Shown here piece by piece: positions 61,320 through 64,000 of a stretch of DNA of 64,000 nt. The position numbers were made by a program, and so were the translations under genes. The number at the start of each line of letters is the position of its first letter. Position 1 is the first letter of the stretch. The notes beneath the pieces were generated by a model. The model had not been told where the DNA came from and searched no databases. It saw only the letters and a program-made list of their open reading frames with translations. The stretch is from Chiloscyllium plagiosum (taxonomy: Eukaryota), in the NCBI RefSeq assembly GCF_004010195.1, contig NC_057751.1:6769934-6833933 (forward strand), given 5' to 3'.

Positions 61320-63335
61320 GGAGCATGAATGCTTGGTTTGAGTGATGGTGCAGAAGGGAGTTTAGATTTCTGGTACATTGGGATCACTTCTCAGAAAGCA
61401 GAGCTGAACCTGAGCAGAAATGAAACTTAGCTCCCAGTAGTATGAACAGATGTTGTCGTGGGGTGGATTTGAACTTTTAAGGCAGGGAGGTGGATTGATT
61501 AGTGGGTCCAGTTTTGGAAATATCGAGTGTAAAAAGGGAACATGGAGAACAAGGGAAGGCTCGATTGTTGACAAATGAACAAAGAAATTGTTGCCTGCCA
61601 ATGGGCAAGAGAGATAAAAGCACAGTTAAGTTACATGTATGTCAGTCAATGCACAGAATACAGTGAACAATATTAGGGAACTGGAAGCACAAATTGTGTT
61701 AGGGGGATATGACATAGTTGTATTGACAGAAACATGGCTCAAACCAGTACAGGATTGGATCCTTAACATTCCACATTTTCAAGGTTTCTATTAGAAATAA
61801 GGTGGGTAAGAAGAGAGGACATGCAGCAGTCTTGGTCAAAGATAGCATCATAGCTCTTACTATGCAGTCCCTCAATTCGTACGTATATGGTTGGAGGTGA
61901 CAAACAGGAAGGGAACGGTGTCCTCTTCAGCTATTTATTGTAGACCTCCAAACAGTGGAAAGGAAGTAAAAGATAGCATTTGAAGGTGTATAATGGAAAT
62001 CTGTCAGACAAATAAGGTTGTAGTAGTTGGTCATATCAATTACCATAGGGTAGACTGGGGAAAAAAAAAAAGTGTTGGGTGCACAAGGGGAGAAATTCCT
62101 GGAGTGCGTTCAGGAGAGCTTTCTGTAACAGTGCACTTCTACTCCTCCCAGGGAGGAAGCTGTGCTGGATCTGGACTTGGATCTGACCCTAAGAAAATGA
62201 GGCAGACCAAACTGAAGAATGTCAGAGTGCAGGATCATATGGAAAATACTGATCATAATACAATTAAGTTCAACATAAAGTTAGAAAAGGATGAAAGCCA
62301 GTCAAGAATTAAGATTCCACGCTAGAAAAAAGAAGGCAGACTTTAGGGGTGTCAGAATTGTACTTGAGCAGTTTGATTAGAAACGTATTTTGGTGGATAA
62401 AACAGTGCATGAAAAAAAACAAAGAGACTTTCAAAACAGAAATGAACGGGATGCAAGATAGATACATACGCTTGAGAAATAAACCGTATCCAAAGCTAGA
62501 GTATCCTGAATACCTAAGGATGTTTGAGATAATAAGGAAGAGAAAAAGGAGGTATACAACACATTACCTAATTTCTGGTGTGATGATTATTCTGTTGAGT
62601 GTCCTAAATTCAAGAGAGAGACTAAGGCTAGAACATGGAAGACTAAGAGGAAACATGATGGAAGGATGGCAAACTGCATTGAGACAAAGAGTACAATATT
62701 TTTCAAACATCTTAGTGCTAAAAAATTAGCAAAGGATAGAGTGGGACCTTTGAGGAACAGACATGGTCAGCTGCTTACTGAAACAAGAAAAGGTATGACA
62801 GTCACTAAATCAGTACTTCACTTGTGTCGTTACCACATCAAAAAATGATGACAATGGCCCAATTGAAAAATCTGGGTATTGAGCAACAGAGCACGTTATT
62901 AAGAGATTGTCAAAGAGGAGGTGCTAAAATGGCTGGTCACATTCCACACAGAGAAGACACCAGACCTGGGATGCATCTCAGATTGCTGAGATAGTTCAGA
63001 GAGAAAATCCGGGAGCCCTTGACAGAAATGTTCAAAGCCCCTCTGAACACAGGATTAGTCCCTGCCGACTGCAGAATTGCAAATGTGATACTGTTCTTGA
63101 AAGAACGGGCCAGAGGATAACCTGGGAAACTACAGACCTGTCACCTTGACATCAATAGTGCAAAAACCGATGGAGACCATAAAATGAGACAAGATAAAGA
63201 TGCAGTGAGCTAAGAATAAGCTAATACAAGAGTCAACAAGGCTGTGTCAAGGGTAGGTCATGTCCGACAAATGTTATTCATTTCTTTGAGGATCGTGCTG
63301 TGGATGTTGGTGTTTGGACTTTTAGAAAGCACCTT
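61320..63335 (+). mobile_element. Old CR1 LINE: ORF1 esterase tail, AP-endonuclease and start of RT
   Basis: MNAW..WCRR..FRFL.HWDHF, then CMSVNAQN..ELEAQI..YDIVVLTETWL, C.RPPNS, NTDHNTIKF, NYRPVTLTS and GRSC. Many stops and frameshifts. Confidence 0.85.
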
Positions 63336-63340
63336 TTAAA

Positions 63341-63840
63341 TGTTTTGGACTGATGGTGCTTAATTCTTAAATTAAAAGTGAGCTAAAAATAGGAAACAGA
63401 GGTAGGAGGATGCTGCTCCTTCAACAAGGTTAAGTTGTCCTTGTCTCTTTCAGAGCGGTGAGCTGCAGCTTGTGGGTTATCTGGTTTGGCTCGGTTTTTG
63501 GGGCCAATTTGATGACAGTTAACAGCTACTGCCTCAGGCTGTAAGCTTTCAAGTTAAAAAAACGACTTGTACAATGAAAGGGGAGTGACCAGTTCTCAGA
63601 GGTCAGCTTTTCTCTGGCTTGGTTTGGTTTTAGCAAGTATCGGTTTTTGATGCTACAGGTCAAAGAAACAGCTACACAGGCGAATGTGTTCCATGCTGAA
63701 TCCCCCTGCCATTTCTCTCTCCAGTAAGGTCCGGTGTTTGATTTTACCTTTTTTGCCAAGGGACGTTTTTGGGGGTTGTTGAAGGAATGCAGAACAGCAT
63801 CATTAAGTTGAGATAGTCTTTTGGGTTTTTGGTTTCATTC
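63341..63840 (+). mobile_element. LTR-like element distantly related to the 18922 family, truncating the CR1
   Basis: Shares GTA(C/T)AATGAAAGGGG(A/C)G.G..CAG.TCTC and AGAACAGCAT.ATTAAGT blocks. Ends not resolved. Confidence 0.4.
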
Positions 63841-64000
63841 AGAAACAAAGCAGAAATGGTGTTAAAACTCAGCAGGTCCTACATGGACAAATTGGACTGA
63901 AAAGGTCTGTTTCTGTGCTCTACAACTGTATGCACAATTGTGAAAATAAAATTTCAAACCAATTTCAAGATGATGATGTCTCACTTTCGATTTTACCCTA

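Overview
Eukaryotic DNA, almost certainly from a cartilaginous fish (shark), judged from its repeat families. The window is intronic or intergenic and rich in transposons. I found no host protein-coding exon, tRNA, rRNA or CRISPR array, and nearly all listed ORFs are TE remnants or chance ORFs. Contents: many CR1/HER1-type LINE pieces (one 455-aa RT frame at 1-1368 and an old ORF1+endonuclease copy near 61-63 kb), L1, RTE and L2 remnants, HE1-type and Deu-type SINEs, Gypsy-like solo LTRs and a Tigger/pogo-type MITE. The most striking component is a set of Penelope-like (GIY-YIG/RT) elements whose terminal repeats carry minimal hammerhead-ribozyme cores (CTGA[T/A]GA-stem II-GAAAC-GTC). Two of these are tiny non-coding fold-back units (167 and 192 bp) with the hammerhead motif in the loop. 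Four Penelope-derived inserts (34 to 915 bp) are each bounded by ~12-bp target-site duplications. There are two assembly gaps (38849-39119, 55698-55816), both inside Penelope copies. Family names come from motif recognition, not database searches, and many boundaries of old elements are approximate.
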